64,000 bases of DNA from a bacterium (GTDB lineage Bacteria; UBA8248). Of this stretch, positions 29,020 to 39,000 are shown piece by piece (the first letter of the stretch is position 1; every line of letters begins with the position of its first letter). Both the position numbers and the translations under genes were made by a program. The notes beneath the pieces were generated by a model that ran no database searches, was not told the origin of the DNA, and saw only the letters and a program-made list of their open reading frames with translations. The DNA lies in assembly GCA_965204535.1 (NCBI GenBank), contig CBDBEV010000001.1, forward strand, positions 1,184,001 to 1,248,000, written 5' to 3'.

Positions 29020-30288
29020 ATGAGCGCCGAGCAAAGAGAAAAAATTCTGGCCCAGGTCGACGCCCACCGCGACGAGATCGTCGCCCTGCTCACCAGACTC
29101 GTCCAGATACCGAGCGTGACGGGCGATGAGGGAGAGATTCAGGGCTACGTCGCGGACTACCTCCGTGAGATGAATCTCGAGGTGGATGTCTGGGAATCGG
29201 ATTGGGAGGAACTCAAAAAACACCCCGAGTACGTGCCCGTCACGAGGGGCTATGAGGGCAGGCCGAACGTGGTCGCCGTGCTCAAGGGCTCGGGCGGAGG
29301 CAGGTCGCTCCTGATGAACGGCCACACCGACACCGTCCCGAACGGCCCGCCCGACGCCTGGGAGCATGGGCCGCTCTCCGCGGACATCGAGGACGGCCGC
29401 CTCTACGGGCGCGGCGCCTCGGACATGAAGAGCGGGGTGGCCGCCATCATCATGGCGGCCAAATGCTTCATGGCGGCGGGCCTCAGGCTCAGGGGCGACG
29501 TGATTCTCGATTTCGTCGTGGATGAGGAGTTGAGCGGTCACGGTACGCTCGACACCATTTTGCGCGGCTACACGGCGGACGCGGGTATTTGCTGCGAGAC
29601 GAGCGGCAACGCCATCCAGCCCGGCTGCATCGGCAGAATCTGGTTCGAGATACTCGTGCGCGGGAAGGCGGCGGGCATCCAGCGGAGGTATCAGGGCGTG
29701 AACGCCATCGACCTGGGCTACAAGATCGTCCAGGCGGTGGCCGATCTCGAGAAAAAACGACTGGAGACGGTGTCCCATCCGCTCTATCCCAGGATCATCG
29801 ACGCAATCCCCTGCATGGTCGGCTCGATGGAGGCCGGGAGCTTCCCGAGCGCCTTCCCGGATACCTGCGTGCTCAAGGGGAGTCTCGCCACCGTGCCCGG
29901 CGAGGATCACGACGCGGCCAAGCAGAGCCTGGTGGATCAGGTGGCGCAGGCAGCACAGGATGATCCCTGGATGAAGGATCAACCGCCTGAGGTGCGTTTC
30001 GTGGGGTATTACGCCGAATCGGCCGCGGTCGACGCCGATCACCCGATCGTCAAGACGGTGGCGAACGCCTACCAGGAAGTATCGGGCAATACCCCCGAGA
30101 TATCCGGGCGCCAGGGAGCGGCCGACACGCGCTTTCTGAACGGTTTCGCCGGCATCCCGACGGTGATCTTCGGCCCCGGTCCCACCACCCAGATGCACGC
30201 GAACAACGAATGGGTGGCCGTGGAAGACGTGATCGACGCGACGAAAACGCTGGCGCTCTCCATCCTGGACTGGTGCGGAGCGGACTAA
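29020..30288 (+). CDS. M20 family ArgE/DapE-type deacylase
   Basis: NGHTDTVP, GRLYGRGASDMKSG, DEE, CCE, FGPG, MHANNE. Confidence 0.92.
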   Translation: MSAEQREKILAQVDAHRDEIVALLTRLVQIPSVTGDEGEIQGYVADYLREMNLEVDVWESDWEELKKHPEYVPVTRGYEGRPNVVAVLKGSGGGRSLLMNGHTDTVPNGPPDAWEHGPLSADIEDGRLYGRGASDMKSGVAAIIMAAKCFMAAGLRLRGDVILDFVVDEELSGHGTLDTILRGYTADAGICCETSGNAIQPGCIGRIWFEILVRGKAAGIQRRYQGVNAIDLGYKIVQAVADLEKKRLETVSHPLYPRIIDAIPCMVGSMEAGSFPSAFPDTCVLKGSLATVPGEDHDAAKQSLVDQVAQAAQDDPWMKDQPPEVRFVGYYAESAAVDADHPIVKTVANAYQEVSGNTPEISGRQGAADTRFLNGFAGIPTVIFGPGPTTQMHANNEWVAVEDVIDATKTLALSILDWCGAD

Positions 30289-30304
30289 TACCGAGGAAAT
30301 CGAC

Positions 30305-31261
30305 ATGTCAGGAAAAGACGTGAAGTACGGAATCGCCATGCGGAATTTCACCGCATATCCCGAACTCCCCGACCCGGAGGCGCTCATCGAATACGGCGTC
30401 GCTATGGAGGAGTTGGGCTTCGAGTCCCTGTGGGTGTGGGACCATATTCTCCTGGGCGTGGAGCCGCACTTTCCCATCATCGAGTCGCTGACGCTCCTGA
30501 CGGCGGTGGCCGCGCGGACGAGCAGAATCAAGCTCGGCACGGGCGTGCTCGTCTTGCCGCTCCGAAATCCGCTCGTGGTGGCGAAACAGCTTTCGAGCAT
30601 CGACCAGATATCGAACGGCCGCCTCATCGTCGGCATGGCTTCTGGCTGGTACAAGCGCGAGTTCGACGCGGTGGGCGTTCCTTTTGAGAAGCGCGGCAAC
30701 ATCATGGACCAGAACATCGAGATCATCACGAGGCTGTGGACCGAGGACATGGTGCGCGCCGAATACGGCCCCTACAACCTCAGAAACTCCGTCATGTTCC
30801 CCAAACCTGTGCAGAGCCCGAGGCCGAGCATCCTCATCGGCGGCTACGTCGATCGCGTGCTCAAGCGCGCCGGCGAGAAGGGCGACGGCTGGCTCACCTA
30901 CTTCTATACCCCCGAGAGTTTCACGAAATCCTGGGAGAAGGTACTTCGCTTCGCGGAAGAAGCCGGACGCGACCCCGCCGCGCTCGAGAGCACGAACCAG
31001 CTTCCGATCATGGTGGGTGACTCGCGTGAGCAGATTGAAGAACCGATGAACGAATGGCTCCACACGGAGTGGGACTACGCCTCCTGGAGCGAGTCCACGG
31101 CCGAGAGCGCCGTTATGGGGAACGTCGATGAGTGCGTGGCGCAGCTCCAGGCCCACATCGACACGGGTGTGGACCGGCTCATTTTTGTTCCCTACAAATA
31201 CGAGATGGAGCAGGTGGAAATCGTGGCGAAAGAAATCATCCCTCGTCTGAGAGCGGGGTAG
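30305..31261 (+). CDS. LLM-class flavin/F420-dependent oxidoreductase
   Basis: GFESLWVWDH, TSRIKLGTGVLVLPLRNP, SNGRL, PKPVQ, GDGW. Confidence 0.92.
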   Translation: MSGKDVKYGIAMRNFTAYPELPDPEALIEYGVAMEELGFESLWVWDHILLGVEPHFPIIESLTLLTAVAARTSRIKLGTGVLVLPLRNPLVVAKQLSSIDQISNGRLIVGMASGWYKREFDAVGVPFEKRGNIMDQNIEIITRLWTEDMVRAEYGPYNLRNSVMFPKPVQSPRPSILIGGYVDRVLKRAGEKGDGWLTYFYTPESFTKSWEKVLRFAEEAGRDPAALESTNQLPIMVGDSREQIEEPMNEWLHTEWDYASWSESTAESAVMGNVDECVAQLQAHIDTGVDRLIFVPYKYEMEQVEIVAKEIIPRLRAG

Positions 31262-31422
31262 GGTGAAGGAGGCGTGTGTTGCCCCTTTGTCATGACGAAT
31301 CGGGCATGGAGGCGGCGCTGCTGGACGTCGTCGAAGGGGACAGGGAGATAATGCTCCAGAAATTCAGAACCTCATGGGAGATCATCGAATGAGGTGTTTC
31401 CCTTCTTTTTAGGGTGTAAGAG

Positions 31423-32478
31423 ATGGGCATTCAAAAAAGAGCCTGGGATTCCTACAGGCGCTATTCGGAAAATATTTTCGACGCCATCGGGGCCACGCCC
31501 CTGGTTCGCCTGAACAAGGTGGCGGCGGACTTAGGCCCCGAGGTCTACGCGAAGCTGGAGTGGTACTCGCCCTCGGGAAGCCTCAAGGATCGCATCTACT
31601 ACAACATGCTCCTGAAGGCGGAGGAGCGCGGCGACCTGAGGGCCGGCATGACGGTGCTCGAATGCTCCACCGGCAACGCAGGCATCGCTTGCGCGTTCGT
31701 ATCCGCGGTGAAGGGTTATTCCTGCATCGTCGTCATGCCCGAGGGCATGAGCGATGAGCGAAAAAAGCTCATGCGCGCCTACGGGGCCGATTTGGTGTTC
31801 ACGCCGGGCGGGGAGAGCGACGTCGACCTGGCGCTCGAGAAACTCGATGAAATCCGCGCGGCATCCCCAGAGAAATTCTGGGTTCCCGCCCAGTTCGACA
31901 ACCTCGACAACAACGAAGCGCACTACCTCACGACGGGGCCCGAGATTTTCGAGCAGCTGGACGGGCGCGTCGACGCCGTCGTGGCGTCGCAGGGAACGGG
32001 CGGCTGGGTGAGCGGGGTGGGGAAATTCCTGCGCGAGGACAACCCGGACGTGAGGCTTTACGCCGTGGAGCCTCAGGAGTGCCCGCTCCTGAGCGAGCGG
32101 GGCTGGGGGCCGCACGGCATCGAGGGTATCGGGGACGGCTTCGTGCCCAGGGCGCTCGACTTGTCGCTGCTCACCGGCATCGTGACGACGACGACGGATG
32201 AGTCGGTCGAGATGGCGCAGCGCCTCGCGCGCGAGGAGGGGATTTTCTGCGGCATCTCCTCGGGCTGCAACGTGGCGGCCGCCGTCAAGCTGGCCCGCAG
32301 GCATCCCGAACTGGCCAACATCGTCACGAACATCAACGACACGGGACAGCGCTATTTCACCACCGCCTTGTGCGGGGAGGAGAAACACGTCGATATCCCA
32401 GAACGCGAGCATCATGTGGACCCATACAGCGAGGCGCAGCTCGATCGGTATTCGAGCGAATGGGAGATCATCACCTGA
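31423..32478 (+). CDS. PLP-dependent cysteine-synthase-family enzyme
   Basis: IGATPLV, KLE..SPSGSLKDR (PLP lysine), STGNAG, QFDN, GTGG, IEGIG, GISSG. Confidence 0.9.
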   Translation: MGIQKRAWDSYRRYSENIFDAIGATPLVRLNKVAADLGPEVYAKLEWYSPSGSLKDRIYYNMLLKAEERGDLRAGMTVLECSTGNAGIACAFVSAVKGYSCIVVMPEGMSDERKKLMRAYGADLVFTPGGESDVDLALEKLDEIRAASPEKFWVPAQFDNLDNNEAHYLTTGPEIFEQLDGRVDAVVASQGTGGWVSGVGKFLREDNPDVRLYAVEPQECPLLSERGWGPHGIEGIGDGFVPRALDLSLLTGIVTTTTDESVEMAQRLAREEGIFCGISSGCNVAAAVKLARRHPELANIVTNINDTGQRYFTTALCGEEKHVDIPEREHHVDPYSEAQLDRYSSEWEIIT

Positions 32479-32509
32479 CGCCGAGCGATAAAACCCGCGG
32501 GTGAGATAC

Positions 32510-33376
32510 ATGGTTTATGGCCAGATTCTGATTAACAGCATTCTCCTGGGGGGTATCTACGCCAGCATTGCGGTCGGTTTCTCGCTCGTCTGGGGCGTGA
32601 TGAACATCCTCAACATCCTGCACGGCACGTTCCTGATGCTGGGCGGCTACGTCACTTTCTGGATGTTCAAACTCTACGGCGTGGACCCGTTTTTATCTCT
32701 CCCGCTCTCCGCCGTCTCCATGTTCTGCGCAGGCTACGCGGTGCAGCGCGGACTGATCAACAAGATCGTGCGCGCGCCCATGTTCATGTCCCTGATTCTC
32801 ACCTTCGGTCTTCAGTTGCTCATCGTGAGGCTGGCGATATATTTCTTCACCGGTGATTTCAGGTCGGTTCAGCCCTCCTATGCGGGTTTTTCTATTTCCT
32901 TCATGGGTCTTTCGGTGCCCTTCGTCCGGATTTCCATATTCGTGCTGGGCGTCGCTCTCACGAGCATTCTTTTCTGGTTCATGGGACGAACGCGCACGGG
33001 CCGGGCCATACGGGCGACGCGGATGGATTTGGACTCCGCCCAGTTGATGGGCGTCGACATCGGTAGAATCTACGCCATCACGTATGGAATCGGCGCGGCC
33101 GCCGCCGCCACGTCGGGTTCTCTGGTGAGCGTGGGTTTCGCCATCTCGCCGGTGAGCGACGTGGAATTCCTCTCGAAATCCTTCATCATCTGCACCATCG
33201 GGGGATTGGGAAACATCACGGGAGCGCTGGCGGGGGGCCTGATTCTGGGCCTCGCCGAGAACTTTGGCGCCCTGTACCTCGGCCCAGGGTTGCAGAACGC
33301 CATCGGCTACGTGCTCTTGATTCTCGTGCTCTTCATCAAGCCGTCGGGCCTGCTGGGCAGAAAGGGTTTCGAATAG
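32510..33376 (+). CDS. Branched-chain amino acid (HAAT) ABC permease, LivH-like
   Basis: GGIYA..AVGFSLVWGVM..LN..HG, TRTGRAIRA, GGLGN, KPSGLLG. Confidence 0.92.
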   Translation: MVYGQILINSILLGGIYASIAVGFSLVWGVMNILNILHGTFLMLGGYVTFWMFKLYGVDPFLSLPLSAVSMFCAGYAVQRGLINKIVRAPMFMSLILTFGLQLLIVRLAIYFFTGDFRSVQPSYAGFSISFMGLSVPFVRISIFVLGVALTSILFWFMGRTRTGRAIRATRMDLDSAQLMGVDIGRIYAITYGIGAAAAATSGSLVSVGFAISPVSDVEFLSKSFIICTIGGLGNITGALAGGLILGLAENFGALYLGPGLQNAIGYVLLILVLFIKPSGLLGRKGFE

Positions 33377-33377
33377 C

Positions 33378-34361
33378 ATGTTCAGACCCTGGTCCCACAT
33401 TCAATGGTTCGGCATGGGGGCAGGCGTTCTCGCCCTGATACTCTTGCCCTCTTTCGTGGAAAACGACGAGATCAGGAAGTGGATGGACATCCTGATGGTG
33501 GCCATCCTGGCGACGAGCTGGAACTTCATCGGCGGCCTGACGGGCTATCCCTCCTTCGCGCCGGCCGCCTTTTTCGGGCTGGGAGCGTACACGACGGCCA
33601 TCCTGATGAACGCAGGGTTCAATTTTTTCATCACGTTGGGTATCGGTGCCTGTCTGGGCGCGCTCGTGGCGCTCGCCCTGGGCGTTCCCATATTGAGGCT
33701 GAGGGGCCACTACTTCGCCATCGCCACATTCGGCGTGGCGGAATTCTTCCGCGAACTGGCGGATAACCTTCGCATCACCGGCGGGGGGGACGGCATCAAT
33801 CTGCCCCAGATTACGGGCGGGCCGGATTACTTCACGCGCTTTTTCTACTTCTCCATGCTCGGGGTGGCTGTGCTCGCCGTCCTGACGCAGTACTTCGTCA
33901 CGCGACACCGCCTGGGCTACGGCCTCGTCGCCATCCGCGAAAACGAGGACGCGGCGGCCATGACGGGCGTGGATACGACGAAATACAAGATCATCGCTTT
34001 TGTTCTCTCATCCATTTTCCCCGCAATGGGCGGCGGCGTATACGCCTACCGCGCCGCGTTCCTGGAGCCCATCGACGTCTTCGACGTCTTGTTCTCCATC
34101 AAGGCGATCGTGATGTCGATGCTCGGCGGGGTGGGTACGGTGATGGGCCCGCTCGTGGGCGCGCTGATGATGGAATACCTGTCGGACTACCTCTGGGGAG
34201 CCTTCACGGAATTCCATAGCGCGTTCCTGGGAATCATCATCGTGCTGGTTGTCTTGTTCCTCCCGCGCGGCCTGATGGCCGTCTCCCAGGAGGTAAAGAG
34301 CCGCGGGTGGGGGTCGTTGGGCGTGATTCTCAAGAGCAACATACAGAGGTTCAAGGTGTGA
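33378..34361 (+). CDS. HAAT ABC permease, LivM-like
   Basis: SWN..GG.TGY, LRLRGHYFAIAT, AIRENEDAA, LGGVGT, PRGL. Confidence 0.92.
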   Translation: MFRPWSHIQWFGMGAGVLALILLPSFVENDEIRKWMDILMVAILATSWNFIGGLTGYPSFAPAAFFGLGAYTTAILMNAGFNFFITLGIGACLGALVALALGVPILRLRGHYFAIATFGVAEFFRELADNLRITGGGDGINLPQITGGPDYFTRFFYFSMLGVAVLAVLTQYFVTRHRLGYGLVAIRENEDAAAMTGVDTTKYKIIAFVLSSIFPAMGGGVYAYRAAFLEPIDVFDVLFSIKAIVMSMLGGVGTVMGPLVGALMMEYLSDYLWGAFTEFHSAFLGIIIVLVVLFLPRGLMAVSQEVKSRGWGSLGVILKSNIQRFKV

Positions 34362-35125
34362 GCGAAACACTTCTGGAAGGCAGAAGCGTCACGAAGCGCT
34401 TCGGCGGACTCACCGCCGTCTCGGCGGTGGATTTCACCGTGCGCAAGGGGGAGATCCTGGGCGTCATCGGTCCCAACGGCGCGGGGAAGACGACGCTCCT
34501 CAATTGCATCACGGGTCTCGACCCGGCGAACGAGGGTGAGATTCTGTTTCGCGGCGAGCGCATCGAAACCATGAAACCCCACGCCATCACACGCAAGGGA
34601 GTCGCACGGACGTTTCAGATCGTCCAGCCTTTCGCGGGTCTCGCAGTGCGCGAGAACGTGGTGATGGGCGCGCTGTTCGCCTCCCGGAAGTCGAGAAAAG
34701 AGGTGAGACGCGCCCAGGAACTCGCCGACGAAATGCTGGCGTTCGTGGGATTGAGCGATAAGTCGGCGCAACTCGCCTCCCAGCTCACGCTCGCCGAGAG
34801 AAAACGCCTGGAATTCGCCAAGTCCCTCGCCACCGAGCCGGAGGTGCTGCTGCTGGACGAGGTGAATGCGGGCTTGAACACGACGGAAATCGAGAACGCC
34901 ATTTCCCTCATCCACAAGGTGAGAGAGCAGGGCGTGACCATCCTGGTGATCGAGCACTTGATGAAGGTGATCACGGACCTCTCGGACCGCGTCATCGTCT
35001 TGCATCACGGGGAGAAGATAGCGGAAGGTTTGCCGCGCGAGGTGACGAGCGATGAGCAGGTCATCAAGGCCTATCTGGGCGAGAAATACGTGGCGATGAT
35101 GAAAAAACTGGACGAGGAGTCCTAG
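34358..35125 (+). CDS. HAAT ABC ATP-binding protein, LivG-like
   Basis: KRFGGL, GPNGAGKTT, ARTFQ, LLLDE, IEH, AYLG; GTG start overlaps the upstream stop. Confidence 0.92.
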   Translation: MSETLLEGRSVTKRFGGLTAVSAVDFTVRKGEILGVIGPNGAGKTTLLNCITGLDPANEGEILFRGERIETMKPHAITRKGVARTFQIVQPFAGLAVRENVVMGALFASRKSRKEVRRAQELADEMLAFVGLSDKSAQLASQLTLAERKRLEFAKSLATEPEVLLLDEVNAGLNTTEIENAISLIHKVREQGVTILVIEHLMKVITDLSDRVIVLHHGEKIAEGLPREVTSDEQVIKAYLGEKYVAMMKKLDEES

Positions 35126-35127
35126 AA

Positions 35128-35868
35128 GTGGCGACGGGTGGTTCTCAAGGCGGAGCGAGCCTCCTGGAGGTAAGCGGCCTGGCGGGCGGGTATGACGACG
35201 TTCAGGTTCTGTGGGGTATCGATCTGCGCGTGAACGAAGGCGAGATCGTCGCCATCGTCGGCAGCAACGGTGTCGGCAAGTCCACGTTCCTGCGGATGCT
35301 CTCGGGGGTGCTGCCGCATCGAGCGGGCGAAATTATGCTCGGAGGCGAATCACTGGAAGGAATGGCGCCGGAGGGCATCGTCGCCAAGGGGATTTCCCAC
35401 GTGCCCGAGGGCCGCAGGCTCTTCGCCGCGATGAGCGTGGAGGAGAATCTCTTGATGGGCGCTTATGCCCGGAAGATGGCCGATCAGGAACTGGCGGCGG
35501 ATTTGGAGAGGGTGTACGGGTTTTTCCCGCGACTGGCGGAGCGGAAATCCCAGCTTGCGGGGAGCATGTCCGGCGGCGAGCAGCAGATGTGCGCGATTGC
35601 CCGGGGGCTGATGGCGCGTCCGAGGCTGCTTTTGATCGATGAGCTTTCCCTGGGCCTTGCGCCCAGGCTGGTGGAGGAGTTGTGCGGATTCGTCCGGCAG
35701 ATAAACGAGGAGGGCGTCGCCATCATCCTGGTCGAGCAGGACGTGCTGACCGCGTTCGAACTCGCGAGCCGGGCGTATGTATTCGAGACGGGGCGCGTGA
35801 CGATCTCCGGCACGTCGGATGAACTGCTGGCGAATCCCCAGGTGAAAAAAGCGTATCTGGGAATGTAG
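35128..35868 (+). CDS. HAAT ABC ATP-binding protein, LivF-like
   Basis: GSNGVGKST, VPEGRRLF, MSGGEQQM, DELSLGLAP, VEQ, AYLG. Confidence 0.93.
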   Translation: MATGGSQGGASLLEVSGLAGGYDDVQVLWGIDLRVNEGEIVAIVGSNGVGKSTFLRMLSGVLPHRAGEIMLGGESLEGMAPEGIVAKGISHVPEGRRLFAAMSVEENLLMGAYARKMADQELAADLERVYGFFPRLAERKSQLAGSMSGGEQQMCAIARGLMARPRLLLIDELSLGLAPRLVEELCGFVRQINEEGVAIILVEQDVLTAFELASRAYVFETGRVTISGTSDELLANPQVKKAYLGM

Positions 35869-35965
35869 CGTGTTTTCATATACTCTGTCTGAAACCAACA
35901 TTTACGAGAGTCGTGTGAAAATCGAGAACGGAAGAGGCAGCACTCAACCATTGAGGAGGGAGGTC

Positions 35966-37174
35966 ATGAGAAGGCGGAATTTGTTGTTTCTCATCGCAGC
36001 AGTCTTGTTTGTCACTTTCGGCGTGACGGGCCTGCAGGGTCTGGACGGCGCCCAGGCGGCGGAGATTAAATTCGGCGCCGCCTTGCCGCTCACGGGTCCG
36101 CTCGCCACCGAGGGGAAAAAGCAGCAGGCGGGTTATGAAATCTGGCGCGAGCGCGTGAACAAGGCGGGCGGCATCAACGTAGGCGGCAAGAAGATGAAGG
36201 TGAAGATCGTCTACTACGACTACGAGAGCAAGACGCCGACGGCCACCAAGCTCGCCGAGCGGCTGATCACCAAGGAAAAGGTGGACCTCCTTCTGGGTCC
36301 GTTCGGAAGCGGAGCGACGAAATCCGTCGCCGCGATCACGGAGCGCTATCAGGTTCCCCTCATCGCGCCCGTGGCGAGTTCCGAGCCGATTTTCGACCAG
36401 GGCTACAAATACCTCTTCGGCCTCCTGGCGCCGAATTCGTATTTGCCGCAGAACTTCCTGACGCTCTTGAAAGAGCAAAAGCCGATGCCGAAGACCATCG
36501 CGTTCGTGACGCGCAACGACTTTTTCCCGCGCGCCATTACGAAGACGATCAGGTCGGCGGCAAAAAAGCAGGGTTTCACGGACGTCTACTACGCCGAGTT
36601 CCCCAAGGATTCGAAGGACATGTCCACCTGGCTCACGATCGTGAAGGGCAAGAATCCCGACGTGCTCATGGTGGCCGGCTATCTTCCCGACACCCTCCTC
36701 GCCACCAAGCAGGCGAACGAGCTGGGGGTGAAGCCCAAAATCCTGTTCACCATGGTGGGTCCGGTCTACGCGCAGTTCACGGAATCGCTCAAAGGCACGG
36801 CCAACAACATCCTGACCGCCGCATGGTGGGGTGAGGCGCTCGATTACAAGGGCGACTTCATCGGCTCGGCGCGGGACTTCGGGAAAATCTGGCGCGCCAA
36901 GTTCAAACAGGAGCCGGACTACGTCGCCGCGGCGTCGACGACTGCGGGCATCGTCGCCCAGAAGGCAATCGAGGCGGCGGGCACGCTGGACAAGAAAAAG
37001 GTTCGCGACGCCATTGCGAAAACCGACTTGAAAACTTTCTTCGGCCCCGTGAAATTCGACAAGCTCAACATGAACGCGGCCAGCGCCATCGTTTTGTTCC
37101 AGGTGCAGGACGGAAAACGCAAGACGGTGGGGCCGAAGAGCGTGGCGAACGCGAAGTTCAGGTATCCGAGATAG
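35966..37174 (+). CDS. HAAT ABC substrate-binding protein
   Basis: Signal peptide, PLTG, VNKAGGI, LLGPFGSG, TFFGPVKFD; GGAGG SD before ATG 35966. Confidence 0.92.
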   Translation: MRRRNLLFLIAAVLFVTFGVTGLQGLDGAQAAEIKFGAALPLTGPLATEGKKQQAGYEIWRERVNKAGGINVGGKKMKVKIVYYDYESKTPTATKLAERLITKEKVDLLLGPFGSGATKSVAAITERYQVPLIAPVASSEPIFDQGYKYLFGLLAPNSYLPQNFLTLLKEQKPMPKTIAFVTRNDFFPRAITKTIRSAAKKQGFTDVYYAEFPKDSKDMSTWLTIVKGKNPDVLMVAGYLPDTLLATKQANELGVKPKILFTMVGPVYAQFTESLKGTANNILTAAWWGEALDYKGDFIGSARDFGKIWRAKFKQEPDYVAAASTTAGIVAQKAIEAAGTLDKKKVRDAIAKTDLKTFFGPVKFDKLNMNAASAIVLFQVQDGKRKTVGPKSVANAKFRYPR

Positions 37175-37245
37175 TTTTCCGGCCGGGTTCGGGGACACCG
37201 CCGAGGGTGACGCGGTGTTCCTGAGCCTGGCAATTTGAGGGTTTC

Positions 37246-38043
37246 ATGCCGACGATCCGCCAGTTGGCCGACGATGAGGTGCCTGAGGCGGCGCGCGATC
37301 TCGTTGAACGCGTCAAGACGCGCGAGAAGCGCGTATTCGGGGTCGACTCGCTCTCGAACATCTGGCGCTCCATGACGCATCACCCCGAATACATGAAGGC
37401 GAGTTGGGAGCGCTCGCGCGCCACGATGCAGCGCGGGGACGTGCCGCCTCTGGTCAAGGAGATGGTCGCCTCGGCGGTTTCCATCGTCAACGCGTGTGAC
37501 TACTGAATCGATTCCCACATCGCCGCGGTCATGCGGCTGGGGGTCGATGAGGTGGGCATCACGGAATTGATCGGATTGACCGATCACGTTTCGGGGATGA
37601 ACAAGGTCGCTTTCGGGCTTTTGCTGGAAGATGAGGATGCGCCGCCTCTTCTGCCTGATGCGGAAGATGAGGAGGTCGACCCTGTCGTCCGGGAACTGAT
37701 GAGTGAGGTGGCGGAGGTGGAATCGGCGCGCCTGGGTAGAGACGGCGTTCCGCGCTATTGGCGCTGTCTGGCGCGGAACCGGCATTATTTCGAATCGACG
37801 TGGAACAAGCACAAGCTCATGCTCGATGGAGGCGTTCTCGAAAAGCAGGCCAAGGCGGCCGTGGGTTTCGGCGTCAGCGCCACGAACGGGTCGGGGTATT
37901 TCATACGGTATTTTCATTCTTGTCTGGTGAATCTGGGCTGGGACCCGGGGCGAATCCTCGAAATTCTCGGGGTGGTGGACCACTACAACAGCTTCAACGC
38001 CCTGGCGACGGGGATGCAGATTGAATCCGACATCAGGCCATGA
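37246..38043 (+). CDS. AhpD/carboxymuconolactone-decarboxylase-like selenoprotein (265 aa, CxxU, Sec at codon 87)
   Basis: ORFs 37246..37506 and 37531..38043 are in frame; read-through gives KEMVASAVSIVNA-CDY-U-IDSH, the AhpD CxxC..H motif with Sec at the second Cys. Confidence 0.88.
37507..37541 (+). promoter_or_regulatory. Bacterial SECIS-like hairpin
   Basis: CCCA-(CATC bulge)-GCCGC-GGTCAT-GCGGC-TGGG; the loop starts with GG, 20 nt after the UGA. Confidence 0.75.
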
Positions 38044-38113
38044 TTCGTGGAAAGATTGAGGGGAGCGCCGAATGACCAAGTTGCTCGGCCGAATGGCGTT
38101 TTAAGGACAGGAT

Positions 38114-38968
38114 ATGGAATTTTTACGCGCTCAATCGGTGGATGAGGCATTGGCGGCTGCGCGGGATGGCGCCGCCTTCGTGGCGGGCGGCACGAACCTC
38201 GTGCCGGACGTGCTCTTCGGGCGCAAGAAGATAGCGCGCGCGGTGGACATCAGCCGTCTGGATGAGCTTCGCTTCATCGAGGAGGCGGACGGAAAAATCA
38301 GAATCGGCGCACTGGCGACGGTGACGGATTTGCTCGATTCCGGGTTGATACGCGATACCGCCTCGCCTTTGTACGAGAGCGCTCTCGAATTCGCGGGCCC
38401 CTTGGTGAGAAACCGCGCGAGTGTGGCGGGCAATCTCATGGACGCCTCGCCCGCCGCCGATTTGGCCCCGCCCCTGCTGGCGCAGGATGCCGTCGTCGAA
38501 TTGGCCTCGGCGGCGGGGGAACGCGTTCTTCCGCTTTCGGAATTCTTTCTGGACTACCGGAAAACGGCCGCACGGCCGGAAGAACTCGTGACGGCCATCG
38601 TCATCGATCCGCTGGGGACGGCGGATCGTTGCGCGTACTACAAACTCCAGCTCAGGCGCGCGATGGCCATCGCCGTCGTGGGCGTGGCGGTCGTTCTCCG
38701 GATGGAAGACAGCGTTTGCGCGGAGGCCGCCATCGGCATGGGGGCGGTGGCCGCGGTGCCGTATCGAGCGCGCGCCGCCGAGGCGCATCTTCAGGCTAAG
38801 GAAATCGGGGAGGCGGAAATCGAGGCGGCCGCAGCCGCCGCAGCGGATGGTGCGCAACCGATTGACGACGTGCGGGCGAGTGCTGCGTACCGCAGGAAAA
38901 TGTGCGGCGTGCTGGTCCGGCGCCTGCTGAAAAAAGCGCTGGGAATGCCGCAAAGCGTAGCGGTGTGA
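38114..38968 (+). CDS. Xanthine-dehydrogenase-family FAD subunit (CoxM-like)
   Basis: AGGTNL, IGAL.T, VRNRASVAGN, ASPAAD, PIDDVRASAAYR. Confidence 0.92.
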   Translation: MEFLRAQSVDEALAAARDGAAFVAGGTNLVPDVLFGRKKIARAVDISRLDELRFIEEADGKIRIGALATVTDLLDSGLIRDTASPLYESALEFAGPLVRNRASVAGNLMDASPAADLAPPLLAQDAVVELASAAGERVLPLSEFFLDYRKTAARPEELVTAIVIDPLGTADRCAYYKLQLRRAMAIAVVGVAVVLRMEDSVCAEAAIGMGAVAAVPYRARAAEAHLQAKEIGEAEIEAAAAAAADGAQPIDDVRASAAYRRKMCGVLVRRLLKKALGMPQSVAV

Positions 38969-39000
38969 TGAAAATTCGGCATTTTGATTGAGAGAAGACG

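Noticed and set aside
31423-32478. cysK gene symbol
   Set aside because: The fold and PLP lysine are clear, but the substrate loop (STGNAG), extended C-terminus and catabolic context make housekeeping cysteine synthesis uncertain.
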